Source: Squalus acanthias
Taxonomy: Eukaryota
Direction of reading: 5' to 3'
DNA: 64,000 nt
Assembly (NCBI GenBank): GCA_030390025.1
Contig: CM059432.1
Location: 74,836,001 to 74,900,000, forward strand
In this document: one piece after another, positions 1 to 14,569 of the stretch
Layout of the letters: every line of letters starts with the position of its first letter
Position numbering within the stretch: position 1 is the stretch's first letter
Translations under genes and position numbers: made by a program
Notes under the pieces: generated by a model
Database searches by the model: none
What the model was told of the DNA's origin: nothing
Seen by the model: the letters and a program-made list of their open reading frames with translations, nothing else

Positions 1-3000
1 GGGATCAATACAAGGCATCAATACAAGGGATCAGATCAAGGGATCAATACAAGGTATCAATACAAGGGATCATTGCAAGGGATCAATACAATCGATCATT
101 GCAAGGGATCAATGCAATTGATCAATACAAGGGATCAATACAAGTTATCGTTGCAAAGGATCAATACAAGGGATCAGTACAAGGAATCAATACGATGGCT
201 CAGTACAAGGTATCAATACAAGGTGATCAATACTAGGCATCAATACAAGGGATCAATACAAGGGATCATTGCAAGGGATCAATACAAGGGATCAATAAAA
301 GGGATCAATACAAGGGATCATTGCAAGGGAGAATTGCAAGGGACCAATACAAGGGATCAATGCAAGGGACCAATAGAAGTGATCATCGCAAGGGACCAAT
401 ACAAGGGATCAATGCAAAGGATCAATAAAAGGTCTCAATACAAGGGATCAGTACAAGGGATCAATATAAGAGATCCTTGTAAGGGTCAATACAAGTGATC
501 AGTAAAAGAGATCAATACAAGGGATCATTGCAAGATATTAATACAAGGGATCAGAACATGTGATCAATACAAGGGATCAATAAGAGGGATCTTGCAAGCA
601 ATCAATACAAGGGATCAATACAAGGGATCGATACAGGGATCAATACAAGGGGATCAATACAAGGGATCATTGCATGGGATTAATACAAGGGATCAATACA
701 AGGGGATCAATACAAGGGATCATTGCATGGAATTAATACAAGTGAGCAATACAAGGGATCAGTACAAGGGATCATTACAAGGATTCATTGCGAGGGACCA
801 ATACAAGGGATCAATACAAGAGATCATTATAAGGGTCAATACAGGGGATCAGTACAAGTGATCAATAAAAGGGATCATTGCAAGAGATTAATACAAGGGA
901 TCAGTAGAAGGGATCAATACAAGGGAACATTGCAAGAGACCAATACAAGGGATCAATGCAAGGGATCAGTACAAGGGATCAATACAAGGGATCAATACAA
1001 TGGATCAATACAAGAGATCATTGTAAGGGTCAATACAAGGGATCAGTACTAGTGATCAATGCAAGGTAACAGTACAAGGCATCAGTACATGTGATCAATA
1101 CAAGAGATCAATACAAGGGATTATTGGAAGGGATCATTGCAAGGGATCAATACAAGGGATCGATACATGGATCAACACAAGAGATCAATCCAAGGGATCA
1201 ATGCAAAGGATCAATACAAGTCATCATTGCAAGGTATCAGTACAAGGCATCAGTACATGTGATCAATACAAGGGATCATTGCAAGGGACCAATACAAGGG
1301 ATCAATACAAGAGATCAATACAAGGGATCAATACAAGGGATCAGTACACCTGATCAATGCAAGGGATCAATATATGAGATCATTGTAAGTGTCAATACAA
1401 GGGATCAGTACAAGTGATCAGTACAAATTCTCAATGCAAGGGATCAATACAAGGGATCACAACAAGTGATCAATACAAGAGATCATTGTAAGGGTCAATA
1501 CAAGGGACCATTACAAGGGATCAATGCAAGGTACCAGTACAAGGCATCAGTACATGTGATCAATACAAGAGATCAATACAAGGGATTATTGGAAGGGATC
1601 ATTGCAGGGGATCAATACAAGAGATCAATACAAGTGATCAATGCAAAGGATCAATACAAGTCATCATTGCAAGGTATCAGTACAAGGCATCAGTATATGT
1701 GATCAATACAAGGGATCAATACAAGGCATCATTGCAAGGGATCAATACTATTGATCAATACAAGCGATCAATACACGGGATCAATACAAGGGATCATTGT
1801 AAGTGTCAATACAAGGGTTCAGTACAAGTGATCAGTACAAATAATCAATGCAAGGGATCAATACAAGGGATCACAACAAGTGATCAATACAAGAAATCAT
1901 TGTAAGGGTCAATACAAGGGATCATTAAAAGGGATCAATGCAAGAGAGCAGTACAAGGCATCAGTAGATGTGATCAATACAAGAGAATAATACAAGCGAT
2001 TATTGGAAGGGATCATTGCAAGGGATCAATACAAGGGATCAATAAAATGGATCGATACAGGGATCAATACAAGAGATCAATACAAGGGATCAATGCAAAG
2101 GATCAATACAAGTCATCATTGCAAAGTATTAGTACAAGGCATCAGTACATGTGATAAATACAAGGGATCAATAAAAGGCATCATTGCAAGGGATCAATAC
2201 TATTGATCAATACGAGCGATCAATACAAGGGATCAATACAAGGGATTGTTGCAGGGGATTAACACACTGGTTCAATACAAGGGATCAATACAAGGGATCA
2301 ATACAAGGTATCGTTGCAGGGGATTAACACAAGGGTTCAAATACAAGTTATCAATATAAGGGATCATTGCAAGGGTCAATACAAGGGATCAATACAAGGG
2401 ATCATTGAAAGGGATCAATACAAGCGATCAATACAAGGGATCAATACAAGTGATCAATGCAAGGGATCAATACATGGGATCAATACAAGGGATCAATACA
2501 AGGGATCAATAAAAGGGTTCAATACAAGGGATCAATACAAGGGATCATTGCAAGGGATCAATACATGGGATCAATACAAGGGATCAGAACAAGGGATCAA
2601 TACAAGGTATCAATACAAGGGATCATTGCAAGGGATCAATACAAGCGATCATTGCAAGGGACCAATACAGTGGAGCAGTAAAAGTGATCAATACAAGGGA
2701 TCAGTACAAGGAATCTGTACAAGGGATCAATACAAGGGATCAGTACAAGGAACCAATACAATGGCTCAGTAGAAGGAATCACTACAAGGTGATCTATACT
2801 AGGCATCAATACCAGGGATCAATACAAGGGATCAATACAAGGGATCAATACAAGGGAACAATAAAAGGGATCAATACAAGGGATCATTGCAAGGGATCAA
2901 TACAATTGATCAATACAAGGAATCAATACAAGGGATCATTGCAAGGGATCAATACAAGGCATCAATACAAGGGATTAGATCAAGTGATCAATACAAGTGA

Positions 3001-6000
3001 TCAATACAAGGGATCATTGCAAGGGATCAATACAAGCGATCATTGCAAGGGATCAATGCAATTGATCAATACAAGGGATCAATACAAGTTATCGTTGCAA
3101 AGGATCAATACAAGGGATCAGTACAAGGAATCAATACGATGGCTCAGTACAAGGTATCAATACAAGATGATCAATACTAGGCATCAATACAAGGATCAAT
3201 ACAAGGGATCATTGCAAGGGATCAATACAAGGGATCAATAAAAGGGATCAATACAAGGGATCATTGCAAGGGAGAATTGCAAGCGATCAATACAAGGGAT
3301 CAATGCAAGGGACCAATACAAGTGATCATTGCAAGGGACCAATACAAGGGATCAATGCAAAGGATCAATAAAAGGTCTCAATACAAGGGATTAGTACAAG
3401 GGATCAATATAAAAGATCCTTGTAAGGGTCAATACAAGTGATCAGTAAAAGAGATCAATACAAGGGATCATTGCAAGATATTAATACAAGGGATCAGAAC
3501 ATGTGATCAATACAAGGGAACAATAAGAGGGATCTTGCAAGCAATCAATACAAGGGATCAATACAGGGGATCGATACAGGGATCAATACATGGGATCAAT
3601 ACAAGGGATCAATGCAAGGGTTCAGTACAAGGGAGCAATACACGGGATCATTTCAAGGGTCAATTCAATGGATCAATACAAGGGATCATTACAAGGGATC
3701 AATGCAAGGTATCAGTACAAGGCATCAGTTCATTTGGTCAATACAAGGGATCAGTACAAGTGACCAATACAAGGGATCAGTACAAGGAATAAGTACAAGG
3801 GATCAATACAAGGGATCAATACAAGGGATCGATACAGGGATCAATACACAGGTTCAATAGAAGGGGTCAATGCAAGGGATCAATGCAAGGGATCAGTGCA
3901 AGGGCTCAATACAAGGATGAAAACAAGGGGTCAATAAAAGGGATCAATACTAGGGATCAATACAAGGGATCAATACAAGGGATCAGTTCAAGTGATCAAT
4001 ACAAGGAATCAAAGAAATTGATCAATACAAGGGTTCAATACAAGGGATCAATGCATGGGACCAATACAAGGGATCAGTAAGAAGGGATCAATACCAGGGA
4101 TCAATGCAAGGGATCATTCCAAGGGATCAATACAAGGGATCAATACAAGCGACCAATACATGGGATCAGTACAAGTGATCAATACAAGTGATCTGTACAA
4201 GGGATCAATACAAGGGATCAATACAAGGGATCAGGACAAGCTTCAATACAAGGGCTCATTAAAAGGAATCAATACAAGCTGATCAAAACCATTCATCAAT
4301 AAAATGGATCAATACAAGGGATCAGTACAACAGATCAATACAAGGTATCAATACAAGGGATCATTGCAAGGTTCAGTACAAGGGATCAATACAAGGGATC
4401 ATTACAAGGAATCAATGCAAGGTATCAGTACAAGGCATAAGTACATGTGATCAATACAAGGGATCAATTCAAGGGATCATTGCACAGGATCAATATAAGG
4501 GATCAATGCAAGGGTTCATTGCAAGGGCTCAATACAAGGAATGAATACAAGGGATCAATAAAAGGGATCAATACTAGGGATCAATACAAGGGATCAGTAC
4601 AAGCAATCAATACAAAGGATCAGTTAAAGTGATCAACGCAAGGGATCAGTACAAGGAATCAGTACAAGGGATCAATGCAAGGGATCATTGCAAGGGTCAA
4701 TACAAGGGATCAATACAAGGGATAATTACAAGGGCTCAATGCAAGGTATCAGTACAAGGCTTCAGTATATGTGATCAATGCAAGGGATCAATACAAGGGA
4801 TCAATGCAAGGGATAATTGCAAGGGCTCAATACAACGCATCAATACAAGGCATCAATACAAGCCATCAATACAATTGATCAATACAAGGCATCAAAACAA
4901 GGGATCAATACAAGGGATCATTGCAAGGGATCAATACAAGGGATCAATACAAGGGATCAGAACAAGCGATCAATACAAGGTATCAATACAAGGGATCAAT
5001 ACAAGCAATGAATACAAGGGATCAATGCAAGGGGTCAATACAAGGGATCAGTACAAGTAATCTGTACAAGGGATCAATACAAGGGATCAGAAGAAGGGAT
5101 CAATACAAGGTATCAATACAAGGGATCATTGCAAGGGATCAATACAAGCGATCATTGCAAGGGATCAATACAATTGATCAATACAAAGGATCAATACAAG
5201 TTATCATTACAAAGGATCAATACAAGGGATCAGTACAAGGAATCAATACGATGGCTCAGTACAAGGGATCAATACAAAGTGATCAATACTAGGCATCAAT
5301 ACAAGGGACCAATACAAGGGATCATTGCAAGGGATCAATACAAGGGATCAATACAAGGGATCATTGCAAGGGATCATTGCAAGGGACCAATACAAGGGAT
5401 CAATGCAAGGGACCAATACGAGGGATCAATGCAAGGGATCAATAAAAGGTCTCAATACAAGGGATCAGTACAAGGGATCAATATAAGAGATCCTTTTAAG
5501 GGTCAATACAAGGGATCAGTACAAGGGATCAATATAAGAGATCCTTTTAAGGGTCAATACAAGGGATCAGTACAAGTGATCAGTAAAAGGGATCAATACA
5601 AGGGATCATTGCAAGATATTAATACAAGGGATCAGAACATGTGATCAATACAAGGGATCAATAAGAGGGATCTTGCAGGCAATCAATACAAGGGATCAAT
5701 ACAAGGGGTCGATACAGGGATCAATACATGGGATCAATACAAGGGATCAATGCAAGGGTTCAGTACAAGGGAGCAATACAAGGGATCATTTCAAGGGATC
5801 ATTGCAAGGGATCAATACAAGGTATCAATGCAAGGGTCAATACAAGGGATCAATACAAGGGATCAATAAAAGGTCTCAATACAAGGGATCAGTACAAGGG
5901 ATCAATATAAGAGATCCTTTTAAGGGTCAATACAAGGGATCAGTACAAGGGATCAATATAAGAGATCCTTTTAAGGGTCAATGCAAGGGTTCAGTACAAG

Positions 6001-9000
6001 GGAGCAATACACGGGATCATTTCAAGGGTTGAATACAATTGATCAATATAAGGTATCATTGCGAGGGTCAATTCAACGGATCAATACAAGGGATCATTAC
6101 AAGGGATCAATGCAAGGTATCAGTACAAGGCATCAGTACATTTGGTCAATACAAGGGATCATTGCAAGGGATCAATAGAAGGGATCAATACAAGGGATCG
6201 ACACAAGTGATCAATGTAAGGGATCGATACAAGAGATCAGTACAAGTGACCAATACAAGGGATTAGTACAAGGAATCAGTACAAGGGATCAATACAAGGG
6301 ATCAATCCAAGGGATCGATACAGGGATCAATACACAGGTTCAATAGAAGGGGTCAATGCAAGGGATCAATGCAAGGGATCAGTGCAAGGGCTCAATACAA
6401 GGAATGAAAACAAGGGGTCAATAAAAGGGATCAATACAAGGGATCAATACAAGGGATCATTGCAAGGGATCAATACAAGGGATCAAGAAAAGGGATCAAT
6501 ACAAGGGATAATTGCAAGGGATCATTGCAAGGGACCAATACAAGGGATCAATGCAAGGGACCAATACGAGGGATCAATGCAAGGGATCAATAAATGGTCT
6601 CAATACAAGGGATCAGTACAAGGGATCAATATAAGAGATCCTTTTAAGGGTCAATACAAGGGATCAGTACAAGGGATCAATATAAGAGATCCTTTTAAGG
6701 GTCAATACAAGGGATCAGTACAAGTGATCGGTAAAAGTGATCAATACAAGGGATCATTGCAAGATATTAATACAAGGGATCAGAACATGTGATCAATACA
6801 AGGGATCAATAAGAGGGATCTTGCAAGCAATCAATACAAGGGATCAATACAAGGGGTCGATACAGGGATCAATACACAGGTTCAATAGAAGGGGTCAATG
6901 CAAGGGATCAATGCAAGGGATCAGTGCAAGGGCTCAATACAAGGAATGAAAACAAGGGGTCAATAAAAGGGATCAATACTAGGGATCAATACAAGGGATC
7001 AATGCATGGGATCAATAAAAGGGATCAGTAAGAAGGGATCAATGCAAGGCATCATTGCAAGGGATCGATAAAAAGGGTCAATACAAGGGATCAATACCAG
7101 GGATCAATACAAGGGTTCATACCAAGGGATCAATACAAGGGATCAATACCAGCGACCAATACATGGGATCAGTACAAGTGATCAATACAAGTGATCTGTA
7201 CAAGGGATCAATACAAGGGCTCATTAAAAGGAATCAGTACAAGGTGATCAAAACCAGGCATCAATAAAACGGATCAATACAAGGGATCAGTACAACAGAT
7301 CAATATAAGGTATCAATACAAGGGATCATTGCAAGGTGCAGTACAAGGGAACAATACAAGGGATCATTACAAGGAATCAATGCAAGGTATCAGTACAAGG
7401 CATAAGTACATGTGATCAATACAAGGGATCAATTCAAGGGATCATTGCACAGGATCAATATAAGGGATCAATGCAAGGGTTCATTGCAAGGGCTCAATAC
7501 AAGGAATGAATACAAGGGATCAATAAAAGGGATCAATACTAGGGATCAATACAAGGGATCAGTACAAGCAATCAATACAAGGGATCAGTTAAAGTGATCA
7601 ACGCAAGGGATCAGTACAAGGAATCAGTACAAGGGATCAATGCAAGGGATCATTGCAAGGGTCAATACAAGGGATCAATACAAGGGATAATTACAAGGGC
7701 TCAATGCAAGGTATCAGTACAAGGCTTCAGTATATGTGATCAATACAAGGGATCAATACAAGGGATCAATGCAAGGGATAATTGCAAGGGCTCAATACAA
7801 CGCATCAATACAAGGCATCAATACAATTGATCAATACAAGGCATCAAAACAAAGGATCAATACAAGGGATCATTGCAAAGGATCAATACAAGGGATCAAT
7901 ACAAGGGATCAGAACAAGCGATCAATACAAGGGATCAATACAAGGGATCAATGCAAGGGGTCAATACAATTGAGCAGTACAAGTGATCACTACAAGGGAT
8001 CAGAACAAGTAATCTGTACAAGGGATCAATACAAGCGATCATTGCAAGGGATCAATACAATTGATCAATACAAGGGATCAATACAAGTTATCATTACAAA
8101 GGATCAATACAAGGGATCAGTCCAAGGAATCAATACGATGGCTCAGTACAAGGTATCAATACAAGGTGATCAATACTAGGCATCAATACAAGGGATCAAT
8201 ACAAGGGATCATTGCAAGGGATCAATAAAAGGGATCAATACAAGGGATCATTGCAAGGGATCATTGCAAGGGACCAATACAAGGGATCAATGCAAGGGAC
8301 CAATACAAGGGATCAATGCAAGGGATCAAAAAAGGTCTCAATACAAGGGATCAGCACAAGGGATCAATATAAGAGATCCTTTTAAGAGTCAATACAAGGG
8401 ATCAGTACAAGTGATCAGTAAAAGTGATCAATACAAGGGATCATTGCAAGATATTAATACAAGGGATCAGAACATGTGATCAATACAAGGGATCAATAAG
8501 AGGGATCATGCAAGCAATCAATACAAGGGATCAATACAAGTGATCGATACAGGGATCAAAACACGGGATCAATACAAGGGATCAATACAAGGTATCAATG
8601 CAAGGGATCAATACAAGGGATCAATACAAGTGATCAATACAAGGGTTCAATACAAGGGATCAGTACAAGGGATCAGTACAAGGTATCAATATAAGGTAGC
8701 ATTGCAAGGGATCAATACAAGGGATCAATACAAGGGATCAGAACAAGGTATCAATACAAGTGATCAATACGAGGGGTCATTGCAACGGATCAGTACAAGG
8801 GATCATTGCAAGGGATCAATACAAGGTATCAATACAAGGGATCATTGCAAGGGATCAATACAAGGGATCATTGCAAGGTCAATACAAGGGATCAATACAA
8901 GTGATCATTACAAGGGATCAATGCAAGGTATCAGTACAAGGCATCAGAACATGTGATCAATACAAGGGATCAATAAAAGGGATCCTTGCAAGCAATTAAT

Positions 9001-10977
9001 AAAAGGGATCAATACAAGTGATCGATACAGGGATCAATACATGGGATCAATACAAGGGATCAGTACAAGGGATCAGTACAAGGTATCAATACAAGTTATC
9101 ATTGCAAGTGATCAATACAAGGGATCAATACAAGGGATCAGAACAAGGGATCAATGCAAGGTATCAATACAAGGGACCAATACACGGGGTCATTGCGAGG
9201 GATCAATACAAGGGATCAATACAGGGGATCAATACAAGTGATCAATACAAGTAATCTGTACAAGCGATCAATATAAGGGATCAGTACATGGAATCAATAC
9301 AATGGCTCAATACAAGGAATCAATACAAGGTGATCAATACTAGGCATCAATACAAGGGATCAATACAAGGGATCATTGCAAGAGATCAATAAAATTGATC
9401 AATACAAGGAATCAATAAAAGGGATGCTTGCAAGCAATTAATAAAAGGGATCAATACAAGGGATCGATACAGGAATCAATACAAGGGATCAATGCAAAGG
9501 TTCAATACAAGCGACCAATACACGGGGTCATTGCGAGGGATCAACACAAGGGATCAATACAGGGGGTCATTGCAACGGATCAATACAAGGGATCAATACA
9601 AGGTATCAATGCAAGGGATCAATACAAGCGATCAATACAAGGGATCAATACAAGGGAGCAGTACAAGGGATCAATACAAGGTGATCAATACTTGGTATCA
9701 ATACAAGGGATGAATACAAGGGATCATTGCAAGGGATCAATACAATTGCTCAATACAAGGGATCAATACAAGGGATCATTGCAAGGGATCAATACAATTG
9801 CTCAATACAAGGGATCAATAAAAGGGATCCTTGCAAGCAATTAATAAAAGGGATCAATGCAAGGGTTCAATACAAGCGACCAATACTTGGGGTCATTGCG
9901 AGGGATCAATACAAGGGATCAATACAGGGGATCAATACAAGTGATCAATACAAGGGTTCAATACAAGGGATCAGTACAAGGGATCAGTACAAGGGATCAT
10001 TGCAAACGATCAATACAATTGATCAATACAAGGGATCAATACAAGGGATCAGAACAAGGGATCAATACAAGGTATCAATACAAGGGATCATTGCAAGGGA
10101 TCAATACAAGGGATCATTGCTAGGTCAATACAAGGGATCAATACAAGGGATCAATAAAAGGGATCCTTTCAAGCAATTAATAAAAAGGATCAATACAAGG
10201 GATCGATACAGGGATCAATACATGGGATCAATACAAGCGATCAATGCAAGGGTTCAATACAAGGGACCAATACATGGGGCATTGCGAGGGTTCAATACAA
10301 GGGATCAATACAGAGATCAATGCACGTGATCAATACAAGGGATCAATACAAGGGATCAGTACAAGGGATCAATACAAGGGATCAATACAAGGGATCAGAG
10401 CAAGGGATCAATACAAGGTATCAATACAAGGGGTCATTGCAATGGATCACTGCAAGGGATCAATACAAGAGATCATTGCAAGGGATCAATACAAGGTATC
10501 AATACAAGGGATCAATACAAGTGATCAATGCAAGGGATCAATACAAGGGATCAATACAAGGGATCAATACAAGGGATCAATACAAGGGATCAGAGCAAGG
10601 GATCAATACAAGGTATCAATACAAGGGGTCATTGCAATGGATCACTGCAAGGGATCAATACAAGAGATCATTGCAAGGGATCAATACAAGGTATCAATAC
10701 AAGGGATCAATACAAGTGATCAATGCAAGGGATCAATACAAGGGATCAATACAAGGGATCGATACAGGGATCAATACACAGGTTCAATAGAAGGGGTCAA
10801 TGCAAGGGATCAATGCAAGGGATCAGTGCAAGGGCGCAATACAAGGAATTAAAACAAGGGGTCAATAAAAGGGATCAATACTAGGTATCAATACAAGGGA
10901 TGAATACAAGGGATCAGTAAGAAGGGATCAATGCAAGGCATCATTGCAAGGGATCGACAAAAAGGGTCAATACAAGG
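1..10977. repeat. 13-bp tandem satellite, consensus GGGATCAATACAA (variants GGGATCATTGCAA, GGGATCAGTACAA), >=11 kb, open at both ends
   Basis: The 13-mer recurs throughout. The ORF track shows the 13-aa cycle GSIQGINTRDQYK (3x13 nt). The array runs off the window start and into the gap. Confidence 0.98.
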
Positions 10978-11477
10978 NNNNNNNNNNNNNNNNNNNNNNN
11001 NNNNNNNNNNNNNNNNNNNNNNNNNNNNNNNNNNNNNNNNNNNNNNNNNNNNNNNNNNNNNNNNNNNNNNNNNNNNNNNNNNNNNNNNNNNNNNNNNNNN
11101 NNNNNNNNNNNNNNNNNNNNNNNNNNNNNNNNNNNNNNNNNNNNNNNNNNNNNNNNNNNNNNNNNNNNNNNNNNNNNNNNNNNNNNNNNNNNNNNNNNNN
11201 NNNNNNNNNNNNNNNNNNNNNNNNNNNNNNNNNNNNNNNNNNNNNNNNNNNNNNNNNNNNNNNNNNNNNNNNNNNNNNNNNNNNNNNNNNNNNNNNNNNN
11301 NNNNNNNNNNNNNNNNNNNNNNNNNNNNNNNNNNNNNNNNNNNNNNNNNNNNNNNNNNNNNNNNNNNNNNNNNNNNNNNNNNNNNNNNNNNNNNNNNNNN
11401 NNNNNNNNNNNNNNNNNNNNNNNNNNNNNNNNNNNNNNNNNNNNNNNNNNNNNNNNNNNNNNNNNNNNNNNNNNNNN
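10978..11477. other. Assembly gap (500 N)
   Basis: Exactly 500 N, which looks like a placeholder length. Confidence 0.99.
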
Positions 11478-12730
11478 GTGTGTGAGGATGATTCAGGGTG
11501 TGTGTGTGAGGATGATTCAGGGTGTGGGTGGGGGTGATTCAGGGTGTGTGTGAGAATGATTCAGAGTATGTGTGAGGATGATTCAGGGTGTGTGTGTGAG
11601 GATGATTCAGGGTGTGTGTGTGAGGATGATTCAGGGTGTGGGTGGGGGTGATTCAGGGTGTGTGTGAGGATGATTCAGGGTATGTGTGTGAGGATGATTC
11701 AGGGTGTGTGTGAGGATGATTCAGGGTGTGTGTGTGGGGATGATTCAGGTTGTGTGTGTGGGGATGATTCAGGGTGTGTGTGAGGATGATTCAGGGTGTG
11801 TGTGGGGGTGATTCAGGGTGTGTGTGAGGATGATCCAGGGTGTGTGTGAGGATGATTCAGGGTGTGTGTGTGAGGATGATTCAGGGTGTGTGTGAGGATG
11901 ATTCAGGGTATGTGTGTGAGGATGATTCAGGGTGTGTGTGAGGATGATTCAGGGTGTGTGTGTGAGGATGATTCGGGGTGTGTGTGAGGATGATTCAGGG
12001 TGTGTGTGGGGTTGATTCAGGGTGTGTGGGGGTGATTCAGGGTGTGTGTGAGGATGATTGAGGGTATGTGTGTGAGGATGATTCAGGGTGTGTGTGAGGA
12101 TGATTCAGTGTGTGTGGGGGTGATTCAGGGTGTGTGTGGAGATGATTCAGGTTGTGTGTGTGAGGATGATTCAGGGTGTGTGCGGGTGATTCAGGGTGTG
12201 TGTGTGAGGATGATTCAGGGTGTGTGTGGAGATGATTCAGGGTGTGTTTGTGAGGATGATTCAGGGTGTGTGTGTGAGGATGATTCAGGGTGTGTGTGTG
12301 AGGATGATTCAGGATGTGTGTGTGAGGATGATTCAAGGTGTGTGTGTGAGGATGATTCAGGGTGTGTGTGTGAGGATGATTCAGGGTGAGTGTGTGGAGA
12401 TGATTCAGGGTGTGTGTGAGGATGATTCAGGGTGAGTGTGTGGAGATGATTCAGGGTGTGTGTGTGAGGATGATCCAGGTTATGTGTGTGAGGATGATCC
12501 AGGTTGTGAGTGTGAGTATGATTCATGGTGTGTGCGTAGGGTTGATTCAAGTTGTGTGTGAAGGGATGATTCAGGGTGTGTGATTGTGTGGATGGATGAT
12601 TCAGGGGGTGTGTGTGAGAATGATTCAGCGTGTGTGTGTGCCGATGATTCAGGGTGTGTGTGTCGATGATTCAGGGGATGAGTGTGAGGATGATTCAGGG
12701 TGTGTGTGTGTGTGGGCCGATGATTCAGGG
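11478..12730. repeat. GT-rich minisatellite, unit (TG)n-AGGATGATTCAGGG, ~20-24 bp
   Basis: Tandem GAGGATGATTCAGGGTGTGTGT with variable TG number, decaying towards 12730. Confidence 0.96.
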
Positions 12731-12837
12731 GATTTGTGTGTCCTTGCTGACCTTCCCTGGCTCCTATTCCGAAAAGAATGAGGATTTAATAATTGAGGCA
12801 TTTTCTGACCTGGAGCCAGTGAATGTCAGCAAGCAGC

Positions 12838-12905
12838 CACACACACCCTGAATCAACCCCACCCACACACCCTAAATCATCCCCACGCACACACCTCAGA
12901 TCATT
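12838..12905 (-). repeat. About 3 inverted monomers of the GT minisatellite
   Basis: ACACACCCTGAATCAACCCC and CCCTAAATCATCCCCAC are reverse complements of the array unit. Confidence 0.8.
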
Positions 12906-13285
12906 CATACCAATATCAGCCTTGTGGAATGTGGGGCGAACAGGTCACGTAGCGACCTACCCACCGGTTTCTCCATGGCGGCCCCCTGTTGCCGGAGAGC
13001 ATCCTCCCCACTCAAAGCCCCCTCACCTCATCCTTCCCACACCAACACCGAGCTGTCAGCCTGCCTTGCAGCAGCACATCCTTGCACCTCACAGACTGAT
13101 TCTGGAGGTGGTGGGTTCGATCGGTGGCCTCGCTGTCACCTCGCTCTGCTTTTTACTGTTACTTTTCCTGGAACAACCACACAACCTCCAACTTTACACT
13201 GCTTCTGACGTCACGGCATTAAACTGGATCTGCGCAGGTGCGAGAAATTCGTTTTCTGCAGTTTCACTTTCAGGAACACAACCAT
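12901..13285 (-). promoter_or_regulatory. CpG-rich promoter/first-exon-like module, copy A (paralogous to 16697-17146)
   Basis: Shares blocks with copy B (CCGGAGAGCA, GAGCTGTCAG, GCAGCAGCACATCCT, GACTGATTCTGG, GCTCTGCTTTT, GCGAGAAATT). Has a CRE TGACGTCA at ~13206 and an NRF1-like TGCGCAGGTGCG. Confidence 0.45.
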
Positions 13286-13585
13286 TTTAAAACCCTCATC
13301 CTTTTTTCCAAATCGCTCCATGGCCTCATCCCCTCCCTATCTCTGTAACCTCCTCCAGCCCTACAAGCCTTCGAGATCTCTGCACTCTTCCAATTTTGGC
13401 CTCTTGCGCATCCCCAATTTTAATCGCTCCACCATTGGCGACCGTGCTTTCAGCTGCCTTGGCCCTTAGCTTTGGAATGCCCTCCCGAAACCTCTCCGCC
13501 TCTCTACCTCTCTCTCCTCTTTTAAGATGCTCCTTAAAACCTACCTCTTTAATCAAGCTTTTGGTCATCTGCCCTGATATTTTAA
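13286..13585 (+). mobile_element. L2-type LINE 3' fragment
   Basis: Blocks CTGTAACCTCCTCCAGCCCTACAA and CCTTAAAACCTACCTCTTT, with a second copy at ~14070-14310. Family assigned from recognition only. Confidence 0.65.
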
Positions 13586-14059
13586 TGCCTTTCATGGACT
13601 GCTTGCTCACTAAATTTCTTTGCTTAAAATAAAAAAAATTTGTCAGAGATAATTTTACAACCGTCGTAGCCTTATGTACAGATTATAGTGGTCAATGTCA
13701 AAACTGCCATCTTCAGCCTCTTCAGCATCTTCCAAGCCGCGTCCTGCGATTTTCGAAGATGCTGAAGACTGACATGCGCATAACGGGCGATTAGGAAACG
13801 GAATCCATTATTATAAGGGGACTGGTACAGCGGGATGAAGCACAACATTCAAAACAACCCAGGAAAAATATTAAAGGATGGTGAGGGCCAGCAGGGAAAG
13901 CGCAGAGGTACAGCAACGACCGGGAAAGCTGCAATCTGTAAGATAAGACTCTTTCCTGTGTGTTTCTGGCACCGGAGGAGACCATTTGGCCCATAGCTGC
14001 TGTGTTCAGTCTGAGCACCATTCAGCAATGGTCTGTTTCTGCACCTTCCTGCTCCATGT

Positions 14060-14310
14060 TCTCACCCCTCCCGATCTCTAACCTCCTCCAGCCATAAACC
14101 CTTCATGCCTAGGCCTAAGCTCTGGAATACCCTCCCTAAACCTCTCCGCCTCTCTGCCTCTCTCTCCTCCTTTAAGACACTCCTTAAAACCTACCTCTTT
14201 GACCAAGCTTTTGGTCACCAGTCCTAATGTCTCCTTCTTTGGCTTGGTGTCAAATTTTGTCTACTCACTCTCCTGTGAAGTGCCTTCAGATGTTTAACGA
14301 CGGTAATGTT
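14060..14310 (+). mobile_element. L2-type LINE 3' fragment (internally deleted)
   Basis: Homologous to 13286-13585 and extends to CCTGTGAAGTGCCTT. Confidence 0.65.
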
Positions 14311-14569
14311 GTCCTCCTCCTCTCCTCCCCATTCCCCGAGTGGTGGTGAAGCAATTTGTCACAAGGACTCGTGCAGGAGTTCTGCTGTTGCAGGTTTGTG
14401 ACAAATTGATCAGGAATTGGAGATTTACAGGTGGTTCAGGGGATACGATTCCCGGCTGATCAGATAGACCATCGTGGTCTCAGGTTGGATCCCAGGTCTG
14501 CCTTGAGTCAGCTGATTGCACACAGACAGCAGTGAGTTGTACAGTTTGCCTCAGCGTATCCTCGTTGAA

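Noticed and set aside
73..10852. Many + strand ORFs of GSIQGINTRDQYK repeats
   Set aside because: Artefact: the 13-mer consensus has no stop in any + frame. The ORFs overlap in all frames and break at random.
10931..11537. ORFs spanning the N run
   Set aside because: Open only because of unknown bases.
1..12730. CRISPR-like array
   Set aside because: Head-to-tail repeats with no unique spacers, no cas genes, and a vertebrate context.
11478..12730. Telomere array or His/Cys-rich proteins
   Set aside because: No (TTAGGG)n. The ORFs are translations of the minisatellite.
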